64,000 bases of DNA from contig JAVJQW010000011.1 in the NCBI GenBank assembly GCA_040218735.1, positions 256,001-320,000 of the forward strand, given 5' to 3'. Shown here in pieces: positions 56,180 to 64,000 of this stretch; position 1 is the stretch's first letter, and the number at the start of each line of letters is the position of its first letter. Under the pieces are notes generated by a model, which was not told the origin of the DNA, did no database searches, and saw only the letters and a list, made by a program, of their open reading frames with translations. The DNA comes from Deltaproteobacteria bacterium (GTDB lineage Bacteria > Myxococcota > Kuafuiibacteriia > Kuafuiibacteriales > Kuafuiibacteriaceae). A program made the position numbers and the translations under genes.

Positions 56180-56536
56180 ATGACGGACACACAACGTGAC
56201 ATCTGGGAAACCTACGTGAAGTCGTGGAAGGTCACTTCCGGCGGCGAGAAGAAGGCGCTGTTCGCGGAGGCGATCGCCGAGGACTGCGTGTACACCGACC
56301 CGCTCGTCGTGGCCTCCGGTTGGGACGAGCTGGCCACGTACATGAAGCAGTTCCACGAACAGGTCCCGGGCGGGCACTTCGTCACGCAGCACTTCCACGC
56401 GCATCATGGCGAGTGCATCGCCCGGTGGAAGATGATGAGCGGTGACGGCGAGGAGCTCGGCGATGGGATCAGCCACGGACGCTTCGGTGACGACGGGAAG
56501 CTCACCGCGATGACGGGGTTCTTCGAGACGCCGTGA
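56180..56536 (+). CDS. SnoaL/NTF2-like protein
   Basis: WETYVKSW...AEDCVYTDP...G..EL...F....PG...ARW...GKL..MTGFF. Confidence 0.88.
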   Translation: MTDTQRDIWETYVKSWKVTSGGEKKALFAEAIAEDCVYTDPLVVASGWDELATYMKQFHEQVPGGHFVTQHFHAHHGECIARWKMMSGDGEELGDGISHGRFGDDGKLTAMTGFFETP

Positions 56537-57411
56537 GCGACTACTACCTCGAGCGGATCCAGCGCGGCGTCGACTTCGTCGAGGCGAACCTCGACGCGTC
56601 GATCGCGCTGGCCGAGGTCGCGAGAGCCGGCGGGCTGAGCCAGTGGCACTTCCAGCGGATCTTCAAGTCACTGACCGGGGAGACGCTGAAGACGTACATC
56701 CGCTCGCGCCGCATGGCCTGCGCGCTGGACCGCTTGCTGACGACGGATCTCCGCATCCTCGACATCGCGCTGCTCGCGGGGTTCGAGACGCAGGAGAGCT
56801 TCACACGCGCGTTCAAGAAGGCGTTCGACATGGCGCCGTCGGCGTACCGGAAGATCGGCAAACGCAACGTGTTCCTGAAGAAGCTGCGGCTCGACGGCCC
56901 CATGCTCGAGCACCTGCAACACAACGTCTCGACCGAGCCGACGATCGTCGAGCGACCGGCGATGACACTCGTCGGGCTGCGAACGACCTTCTACGGACCC
57001 GACTCCGAGAAGAACAACATCGGCAAACGACTCCCGCCGCTGTGGGACGACTTCCTCGCGCGACGCCACGAGATCACCGACGGCATCCAGGCCGTCTGCT
57101 ACGGCGTGGTCCGACAGGAACGCGACGACGACGACCGCCTGGAGTACTTCGCCGCCGTCGAGGCCCCGGCCGACCGCCCCCTCCCCGCCGCGATGGAAGC
57201 GGTCGAGATCCCCGCCGCGACGTACGCGACCTTCGAGCACCGCGGCCCCGCGACCGACATCGATCGCACGGTGAGCTACGCCTACTCGACGTGGCTCATC
57301 CAGAGCGGACACCGCCACTCGGGCGCCGCGGACCTGGAGATCTACGACGACCGCTTCCACGCGACGGACCCGAGCTCCGTCTACGTCTACGCGTTGCCGG
57401 TCGAGGTCTAG
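56533..57411 (+). CDS. Rob-like AraC regulator with C-terminal GyrI-like effector domain
   Basis: LSQWHFQRIFK..TGETLKTYIRSRR, IALLAGFETQESFTRAFKK; GyrI part LWDDF, YATFEHRG, WL..SG, LEIYDDRF. Confidence 0.93.
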   Translation: MSDYYLERIQRGVDFVEANLDASIALAEVARAGGLSQWHFQRIFKSLTGETLKTYIRSRRMACALDRLLTTDLRILDIALLAGFETQESFTRAFKKAFDMAPSAYRKIGKRNVFLKKLRLDGPMLEHLQHNVSTEPTIVERPAMTLVGLRTTFYGPDSEKNNIGKRLPPLWDDFLARRHEITDGIQAVCYGVVRQERDDDDRLEYFAAVEAPADRPLPAAMEAVEIPAATYATFEHRGPATDIDRTVSYAYSTWLIQSGHRHSGAADLEIYDDRFHATDPSSVYVYALPVEV

Positions 57412-58241
57412 TGATCGCCGAACAGCTCTTTGTAGCGAGCGTACATCTGTAGCGCCGCGTTCGCGCGCCCGAGGCGTTCGTACAGGCGCGCCAACGCGCG
57501 GTACGCCTCGCGGTAGCGGGGCGCGTGCTCGACGGCCGCGAGGTACGCGGCGATCGCATCCTCCGGGCGAGCCAGCGCTTCGTAGGCGACCGCGTGGTTG
57601 AACGCCGCGGTGGCGTCCGTCGGGCGTTGCGCGCGTGCCAGCGCGAAGTGGGCTTCGGCCGAGTCGTAGAGGCCGGCTTCGTAGAGCAGGCGGCCCGCGT
57701 TGATGCGCGCCTCGACATGACGCGGGCTCAGCTCCAAAGCGCGCCGGTACGCGTCGCGCGCACGCGCCGGTGACACGGTCTCGAGATCCGAGCCGAGCTC
57801 GTACCAGTCGTCCGCGGACATCTCGAGGTCCGACTCGGTCGCGCGCTGCTCCGACTGGATCGTCAGCGGCTCGACCTCGTGCGCGAGCGCCTTCACGTCG
57901 AAGTTCAACAGCACCTGCCCGGTGACCGGCTCCCACTCGACGTCGCCGTCGTGCACGACGATGTCGCCTTCGCGCGCGTAGACCTGCACCGCGGTGAGCG
58001 GTCGACCGCGCGGGAGCTGTGCCTTGAGCTGCGCGAGCGCGCGCCGCACCCGACGTGGCGAGATGTCCGCTTCGGTCAGCCCCTTCGCGGTGCGCAGCAA
58101 GACGAGGTCCTGAAAACCGAACCGCATCTCCCCTTCGTCACCGCGGCGCGGCTCGAGGAAGCCCTCTTTGACGAACGCGCGGATTCGCGCCTCGGGGAGG
58201 TCGAGGACGTTGGCGACCTCGCGTGCGGTGTAGCCGATCAT
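57408..58241 (-). CDS. MerR-type HTH plus TPR protein, coupled to ku
   Basis: YTAREVANVLDLPEARIRAFVKEGFLEP...RFGFQDLVLLR; GQVLLNF; TPRs (AYRRALELSP, NAGRLL, AAFN.AVAYE). ATG overlaps the ku stop. Confidence 0.85.
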   Translation of the reverse strand: MIGYTAREVANVLDLPEARIRAFVKEGFLEPRRGDEGEMRFGFQDLVLLRTAKGLTEADISPRRVRRALAQLKAQLPRGRPLTAVQVYAREGDIVVHDGDVEWEPVTGQVLLNFDVKALAHEVEPLTIQSEQRATESDLEMSADDWYELGSDLETVSPARARDAYRRALELSPRHVEARINAGRLLYEAGLYDSAEAHFALARAQRPTDATAAFNHAVAYEALARPEDAIAAYLAAVEHAPRYREAYRALARLYERLGRANAALQMYARYKELFGDH

Positions 58242-59083
58242 TTCGACGACTTGGCGGTCTTCTTCTTCGACTTGGGCGCGGCCTTCTCGGGCTCCGGCTC
58301 GGCGGCTTCTTCCCCGCCCTCCAGCGACGCCTTCAGGGCGTCCATCAGATCGATGATCTGCGCCTTCGGCGACTCCTCCGGCGCGAGGGTCACGTCGGCG
58401 CCCTCGATCTTCTGCTGGATCACCGCCTCCATCCGCTTGCGGACCTCGTCCTCGTAGTTCTCGGGGTTGAAGGTGTCCGTCGCGATCTGGTCGATCAGCT
58501 GCATCGCGAGCGCAACCTCCGACTCCTTCACCTCGACGTCCGGCAGCGGCACCTCGGTGAACGGCTGCAGCTCCTCCGGGTAGTGCAGCTGGTGCATCGC
58601 GAGCCCGTCACCCTTCGGCGCGATCAACACGAGGTACTGCTTCCCGCGCGCCGCGTACTTCGCGATCGCGACGCGCCCCGCGCGTTTCATCGCCTCCGAC
58701 AGCAGCGCGTAGGCGCGGTCGCCGCCCTTCTCCGCCCCGAGGTAGTACGTCTTCGCGTAGTACTCCTTCGGGACCTCGTCCTCGGGGACGAACTCGGTGA
58801 TCTCCACCGTCTGCGTCGCCTTCTCCTGCAGCTCCTTGATCTCGTCGTTCGTGAACAGGACGTACTGGTCCTTCGCGAACTCGTAGCCCTTCACCATCTC
58901 GGAGCGCGGCACCACCTCGTCCCCGTTCTTGGGGTCGACGTACTGCTGCTTCACCCGCCCCCCGTCCTTCGTGAGCATCTTGAAGGAGATCGAGGACGAC
59001 GGATTCGAGGTCGAGTAGAGCTTGATCGGGATGTTGACGAGCCCGAAGGCGATCGTCGCCGAGCTGATCGCACGCGGCGCCAT
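58238..59083 (-). CDS. ku: Non-homologous end joining protein Ku
   Basis: RAISSATIAFGLVNIPIKLYS, MVKGYEFAKDQYV, EITEFVP, YYL, AYALL, LHYPEE, YEDE, IIDLMDALKASL; short basic tail. Confidence 0.96.
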   Translation of the reverse strand: MAPRAISSATIAFGLVNIPIKLYSTSNPSSSISFKMLTKDGGRVKQQYVDPKNGDEVVPRSEMVKGYEFAKDQYVLFTNDEIKELQEKATQTVEITEFVPEDEVPKEYYAKTYYLGAEKGGDRAYALLSEAMKRAGRVAIAKYAARGKQYLVLIAPKGDGLAMHQLHYPEELQPFTEVPLPDVEVKESEVALAMQLIDQIATDTFNPENYEDEVRKRMEAVIQQKIEGADVTLAPEESPKAQIIDLMDALKASLEGGEEAAEPEPEKAAPKSKKKTAKSSK

Positions 59084-59156
59084 GCCCCACATTTAGTCGC
59101 CAAAACGGCAGCGAGTCGACCCCGATTCTCGTGTCGTCGCATACTGGGGCCCGAGC

Positions 59157-61655
59157 GTGGCCGATCTCGACAAGTACTACGCGAAGCGCTCCGGCGATCG
59201 CACGCCCGAACCGTACGGCGGCACCCAGCGCGGCGCCGGCACCCGCGCGTTCGTGGTCCAAAAACACGCGGCCCGGCGCCTCCACTACGACCTGCGCCTG
59301 GAGATGGACGGCGTCCTGAAGTCGTGGGCCGTCCCGCGCGGCCCGTCGTTCGATCCTGCGGTGAAACGCCTCGCCGTCATGACCGAGGACCACCCGCTCG
59401 ACTACAAGGACTTCGAGGGTGTCATCCCCGCCGGCAACTACGGCGCCGGCGCGATGATCGTCTGGGATCGCGGCACGTGGATCCCGATCGAGGAGAAGGG
59501 CGCGACCCTCGAGGAGGGCAAGCTCCTCTTCGAGCTCAAGGGCCAGAAGCTCCGCGGCGTCTTCACGCTCGTGAAGACCAAGGGCGAGAGCAACGAGTGG
59601 CTCCTCATCAAGAAACCCGACGCGTGGGCCGCCGAGGAAGGAACGCGCCAGGTCTCGTCCGCTTCGATCCTCTCCGGCCTCACCGTCGAAGATCTCGCAC
59701 GCGGCAGAAAGACCGGCCCCGAGATCGTCGAGCAGCTCGAGGCGATCGGCGCGCCGAAGCTCCCGGTCGACTTCGAGAACCTCGAAGCGATGAAGGCCGC
59801 CACGGCCGAGGGCCCCTTCTCGAAGCCAGGGTGGCTCTTCGAGCTGAAGTACGACGGCTTCCGCCTCCTCGTCGAAAAGGACGGCTCCCGGATCCGCCTC
59901 CGCTACCGCAGCGGCAAGGACGCGACGGACGTCTACCCCGACCTCGTCGTCGCGCTCCGCGCGTTCCCGTTCGACCACTTCATCCTCGACGCCGAGGTCG
60001 TCGTGCTCGACGACGACAGCAAGCCGAGCTTTTCGCGCCTCCAGAAGCGGACGCAGCTCGTACGGAAGATGGACATCGACCGCGCGTCGATCAGCTACCC
60101 CGCGACGCTCTACGTCTTCGACCTCCTCGCGTTCGAAGGCTTCGACCTCCGCGGCCTCCCGCTCGTCGAACGCAAGGCGGCCCTCCGCAAGGTCATCCTC
60201 GCGCAAGGTGTCTTGCGGTTCTCGGATCACATCGAGACACGCGGCGAAGACTTCTTCGCGCAGGTCGAGAAGATGGGCCTGGAGGGCATCGTCGCGAAGC
60301 GCGCCGACTCGAAGTACATCGCCGGGCGCTCGCAGGACTGGCTCAAGCTCCGCGTCGAGCAGTCCGAGGACTTCGTCGTCGTCGGCTTCACGGAACCCAA
60401 GCGCGACACCCGCACCGGCTTCTCCGGCCTCCTCCTCGGCGAGTACGTCGGCCACGAACTGCGTTACGTCGGGAGCGTCGGCAGCGGCTTCACCGAGCAG
60501 CTCCTCACCGACATCCGCGCCGAGCTCGACGCCATCACCTGCGACACGCCGCAGTTCACGGGCGACCCGATCCCCTCCGACCGCAACCGTTGGGTCGAGC
60601 CGAAGCTCGTCGTGGAGGTGCGCTACCTCGCGTACACCGACGAGCGGCAGCTCAGGCACCCCGTGTTCATCCGCCTGCGCGACGACAAAAGCGTCGCCGA
60701 GATGAAGGACGACGATCCGGATCTCGCACCCACCGCGCCGCAGGCGCCCGCGACGGAGGAAGCCGCCGCCGTCCGCGTCCCCTTCACCAACCTCGACAAG
60801 GTGTTCTGGCCCGAGGAGGGTTACACGAAGGGCGACCTCATCGAATTCTATCGCGCGATCAGCGCGAACATCCTGCCGTATCTGGAGGACCGCCCCGTGG
60901 TCCTCACGCGCTACCCGGACGGCATCGACGGCAAGAACTTCTTCCAGAAGGACGCGCCCGGGCACATCCCCGGCTGGGTCCGCACCGAGCGCATGTGGAG
61001 CGAGCACGCGAGCCGCGAGATCGACTACTTCGTCGCCGACGACGAAGACACACTCCTGTACATCATCAACCTCGGGTCCATCCCGCTGCACGTGTGGTCG
61101 AGCCGGGTCTCGGAGATCGGTCGCCCCGACTGGACGATCCTCGATCTCGATCCCAAGGGCGCGCCGTTCACGGACGTCGTGAAGATCGCCCTCGCCATCA
61201 AGGCGCTCTGCGACGACATCGGCCTGCCCTGCTACCCGAAGACCTCCGGCTCCACCGGCCTGCACGTCCTCGTCCCCCTCGGGCGGCAGTGCACCTACGA
61301 ACAGTCACGCGGGCTCGCGGAGCTCATCGCGCGCATCATCGTGGAGGAGCTCTCGGACATCGCGACCGTCGCGCGCAACATCAACGCGCGCGGCGGCAAG
61401 GTCTACATCGACTTCGGCCAGAACGGACACGGTCGCCTGCTCGTGTCCCCGCTCTGCGTTCGCCCCCGCCCTGGCGCGACCGTGTCGACGCCGCTCACCT
61501 GGGACGAAGTCACCCTCGACCTCGACCCGGACCAGTTCACGATCCGCACCGTCCCCGAACGCCTCGCCGCGCAGGACCACGATCCGCTGCGCGCGATCTT
61601 CGACGACAAGCCGGACCTCGCGAAGGCGCTGGCGAAGCTCTCGAAGCGGATGTGA
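59157..61655 (+). CDS. ligD: DNA ligase D (phosphoesterase-ligase-polymerase)
   Basis: PE: FVVQKHAARRLHYDLRLE; LIG: ELKYDGFR, FDLL, EGIVAKR, WLKL; POL: TNLDKVFWP, RYPDG, FFQK, DLDP, KTSGSTGLHV. Confidence 0.96.
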   Translation: MADLDKYYAKRSGDRTPEPYGGTQRGAGTRAFVVQKHAARRLHYDLRLEMDGVLKSWAVPRGPSFDPAVKRLAVMTEDHPLDYKDFEGVIPAGNYGAGAMIVWDRGTWIPIEEKGATLEEGKLLFELKGQKLRGVFTLVKTKGESNEWLLIKKPDAWAAEEGTRQVSSASILSGLTVEDLARGRKTGPEIVEQLEAIGAPKLPVDFENLEAMKAATAEGPFSKPGWLFELKYDGFRLLVEKDGSRIRLRYRSGKDATDVYPDLVVALRAFPFDHFILDAEVVVLDDDSKPSFSRLQKRTQLVRKMDIDRASISYPATLYVFDLLAFEGFDLRGLPLVERKAALRKVILAQGVLRFSDHIETRGEDFFAQVEKMGLEGIVAKRADSKYIAGRSQDWLKLRVEQSEDFVVVGFTEPKRDTRTGFSGLLLGEYVGHELRYVGSVGSGFTEQLLTDIRAELDAITCDTPQFTGDPIPSDRNRWVEPKLVVEVRYLAYTDERQLRHPVFIRLRDDKSVAEMKDDDPDLAPTAPQAPATEEAAAVRVPFTNLDKVFWPEEGYTKGDLIEFYRAISANILPYLEDRPVVLTRYPDGIDGKNFFQKDAPGHIPGWVRTERMWSEHASREIDYFVADDEDTLLYIINLGSIPLHVWSSRVSEIGRPDWTILDLDPKGAPFTDVVKIALAIKALCDDIGLPCYPKTSGSTGLHVLVPLGRQCTYEQSRGLAELIARIIVEELSDIATVARNINARGGKVYIDFGQNGHGRLLVSPLCVRPRPGATVSTPLTWDEVTLDLDPDQFTIRTVPERLAAQDHDPLRAIFDDKPDLAKALAKLSKRM

Positions 61656-61665
61656 TCGGAGCGGA

Positions 61666-63432
61666 TCACTGCGTCTCGGTACGTTCGTCGAGCCACTCCT
61701 CGATGTCCGAGGACGCCTGCGGCTGGCTCAACAGATACCCCTGGATGCTGCGGCACCCGATGTCGCGCAGCGACTCCAGCTGCTCGACGGTCTCGACGCC
61801 CTCGGCGACGATCTCCAGATCGAGGCTCCGCCCGAGCCCGACGATCGCGGAGACGATCGCCCGGTGGCGATTCGACGTGAGGAGCTGCTCTACGAAGCTC
61901 TTGTCGATCTTGAGGATGTCGATCGGGTAGTTCACGAGGTACGCGAGCGACGAGTACCCCGTGCCGAAGTCGTCCATCGCGAGCCGCACCCCGAGCCGCT
62001 GCAGCGCCTCCAACATGCGGTGGCTGCGCGCCGACTGCTCGATGAGGATGCTCTCGGTGATCTCCAGCTCCAGGTTGCGCGCGGGGAGCGCCGTCTCCTC
62101 GAGCAGATCGCTCACCGTGTCGACGAACGTCTGGTCCTCGAGCTGACGGGCGGAGACGTTCACCGCGACCCGGAAGTCGCCGAAGCCCTCGTCGAGCCAC
62201 CACTTCATCTGCTGCATCGCGCGACGCAACACCCAGCGCCCGACCTCTCCGATCATCCCCGACTGCTCCATGAGCGGGATGAACCGCGACGGCGCGAGGT
62301 GGCCGAGCCGCGGGTGATTCCAGCGCAGGAGCGCCTCCATCCCGACGAGCCGCCCGTCCGTGAGCTGCACCTTCGGCTGGTAGTAGACGTCGAGCTCACC
62401 GGTCGCGAGCGCGCGCTCGACTTCACACGTCGTGTCGAACAAATCACCCGTGCTGATGTCGGGCTCGTCCTGGGAGATCTCGAAGCGGTTCCTTCCGCGC
62501 TGCTTGGCGCGGTACATCGCGCGGTCGGCGCGCTCCATCATCGCGTCGGCCGTCCGCACGTGGTCCGCGGAGATCGCGACGCCGACGCTCGTCGACATGC
62601 TGATCTGGCGACCACACACGTCGAACGGCCGTTCGAACGCGTCGATGATCCGCTGGGCGACGATCGTCGCGTCGTCGAGGCGACGCACGCCCTCCAACAG
62701 GATCGTGAACTCGTCGCCGCCGAGGCGCGCGACGGTTTCACCTTCGCGCACACAGTCGAGCAGACGGCCCGCGACCTGCTGGAGGAGCGCGTCGCCCGCG
62801 TCGTGCCCGCGCGTGTCGTTGATCGCCTTGAAGCGATCGAGATCGAGGAACATCACCGCGACGCGGGTGCGGTGCTTCGGCGCGCTGTTCAGCGCCTGCG
62901 CCACACGCTCCAGGAAGAGCGCACGGTTGGCGAGCCCGGTCAGCTGGTCGTAGTGCGCGAGGTACACCAGGCGGGCCTCGGCGCGCTTGCGCTCGATGGC
63001 GTAGCGAAGCGCCTGCCCGAGCGCCGGCGCGTCGAGCTTCGTCTTGTCGAGGTAGTCCTGTGCGCCCATCTGCACCGCGCGCAGCCCCATGTTCGTGCAG
63101 CCGCGGTTCGTCAGCGCGACGATCGGGATCTCCGGGACCGCGACGCTGATCGCCACGACCGCGTCCACGCCCTCGCCGTCCGGCAGTGAGCAACCCAGGA
63201 GCACCGCGTCGTAGTCGTCGGTCGCGAGGGTCGCCCGCGCCTCCGCCAACGAGCGCACCCGGGCGACGCTCGTCGTCCACCCCTCCACCTCCTCGAGCAA
63301 CGTCATGATGCTGCGCGCGTCGGTGTCCGCCCCCTCGACGAGCAAGACCCGCCGACTCCACTTCGGAGCCACGGGCGCCAGCACCCCGACCCCCGCCTCG
63401 ACCAACGCCCCCTGCTCGGCTGCTCGAACCAC
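61666..63432 (-). CDS. Pseudo-receiver-GGDEF-EAL c-di-GMP enzyme
   Basis: YDQLTGLANR, DLDRFKAIND, RLGGDEF; EALLRW, VNVS, ELEITE, DDFGTGYSS, KIDKSF, AEGVE, QGY. The receiver has G at the phospho-Asp position (VLLGCSLPD). Confidence 0.93.
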   Translation of the reverse strand: MVRAAEQGALVEAGVGVLAPVAPKWSRRVLLVEGADTDARSIMTLLEEVEGWTTSVARVRSLAEARATLATDDYDAVLLGCSLPDGEGVDAVVAISVAVPEIPIVALTNRGCTNMGLRAVQMGAQDYLDKTKLDAPALGQALRYAIERKRAEARLVYLAHYDQLTGLANRALFLERVAQALNSAPKHRTRVAVMFLDLDRFKAINDTRGHDAGDALLQQVAGRLLDCVREGETVARLGGDEFTILLEGVRRLDDATIVAQRIIDAFERPFDVCGRQISMSTSVGVAISADHVRTADAMMERADRAMYRAKQRGRNRFEISQDEPDISTGDLFDTTCEVERALATGELDVYYQPKVQLTDGRLVGMEALLRWNHPRLGHLAPSRFIPLMEQSGMIGEVGRWVLRRAMQQMKWWLDEGFGDFRVAVNVSARQLEDQTFVDTVSDLLEETALPARNLELEITESILIEQSARSHRMLEALQRLGVRLAMDDFGTGYSSLAYLVNYPIDILKIDKSFVEQLLTSNRHRAIVSAIVGLGRSLDLEIVAEGVETVEQLESLRDIGCRSIQGYLLSQPQASSDIEEWLDERTETQ

Positions 63433-63516
63433 GCGCCCGTAGACCCCACCCGATCGTTCGGTCGTCGGGTGGTCGATCTTGAGTCATTTCTTGTCTCGCG
63501 TTGATATGAACGGGCG

Positions 63517-64000
63517 ATGCCGGCCGGACTGCGCGTGGAAGACCTGACGGTCGCCCTCGACGGGGAACGCAAGGCCCGGTGCAGCTTCACGCTCGCGCCC
63601 GGTGAGCGGTGCGCCCTGACCGGGCCGTCGGGCTCCGGTAAGACCACGCTGCTACGCGGGATCGCCCAGCTCGTGGCCCCCGTCTCGGGGACCGTACACC
63701 TCGACGATCAGCCCCCCGAGGCGCTCGGCTACCCCGCGTACCGTCGGCGGGTCGTGTACGTCGGGCAGCGCCCCGCGCTCACTGCGGCGACGGTCCGCGC
63801 CAACCTCGAAGCGGCCTTTTCGTACCGCGCCGCGTCGAAGCCCTTCGTCCTCGAAGGAGCGCAGACGTGCCTGGAGGCGCTGCGCCTGCGCGACGTCCTC
63901 GACCGACCGGCGCGCGAGCTCTCGGTCGGGGAGCAACAGCGCGTCGCGTTCGTGCGCGCGTTCCTCCTCGCGCCCGACGTGTTCCTCCTCGACGAGCCGA
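63517..64000 (+). CDS. ABC transporter ATP-binding protein (FetA/YbbL-like), truncated by the window edge
   Basis: Translated by hand: GPSGSGKTT, YRRRVVYVGQ, LSVGEQQR, FLLDEP. Confidence 0.88.
   Translation, partial: MPAGLRVEDLTVALDGERKARCSFTLAPGERCALTGPSGSGKTTLLRGIAQLVAPVSGTVHLDDQPPEALGYPAYRRRVVYVGQRPALTAATVRANLEAAFSYRAASKPFVLEGAQTCLEALRLRDVLDRPARELSVGEQQRVAFVRAFLLAPDVFLLDEP

Noticed and set aside
58223-61930. 1235-aa plus-strand and 885-aa minus-strand ORFs
   Set aside because: They overlap the clearly identifiable ku and ligD genes; their composition is typical of GC-rich shadow frames.

Overview
This is a GC-rich, gene-dense chromosomal window, most likely from a Myxococcota-type bacterium. 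The assignment rests on CGDG cysteine-rich repeats, a PEGA Ser/Thr kinase, a PWYxKWW-tailed TPR protein and many lipoproteins. About 58 CDS are supported. I saw no rRNA, tRNA, CRISPR array, integrase or transposase. Recognisable blocks: (1) an iolB-C-D-E inositol operon extended by a HAD phosphatase and an orphan sugar-phosphate-type binding protein; (2) mtaB; (3) an HDAC fusion protein; (4) a beta-propeller/di-haem lipoprotein; (5) a PlsB-like / degenerate GpsA / App1-like phosphatase lipid operon; (6) a Vibrio TonB2-like operon (DUF3450, TtpC, ExbB, ExbD, TonB, TPR, TBDR) headed by an apparently circularly permuted lipoprotein behind a Pho-box-like repeat array; (7) Ku/LigD NHEJ genes with a translationally coupled MerR-HTH/TPR gene; (8) two c-di-GMP enzymes. 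The best candidate for an undescribed system is 33.4-36.8 kb. There an AHSA1/START protein with a very long histone-H1-like Lys/Arg tail is followed closely by a METTL21-family protein methyltransferase and a DDAH/amidinotransferase-fold enzyme, and a macro-domain-like gene lies divergent from them. All family calls come from reading motifs by eye; no database searches were run.
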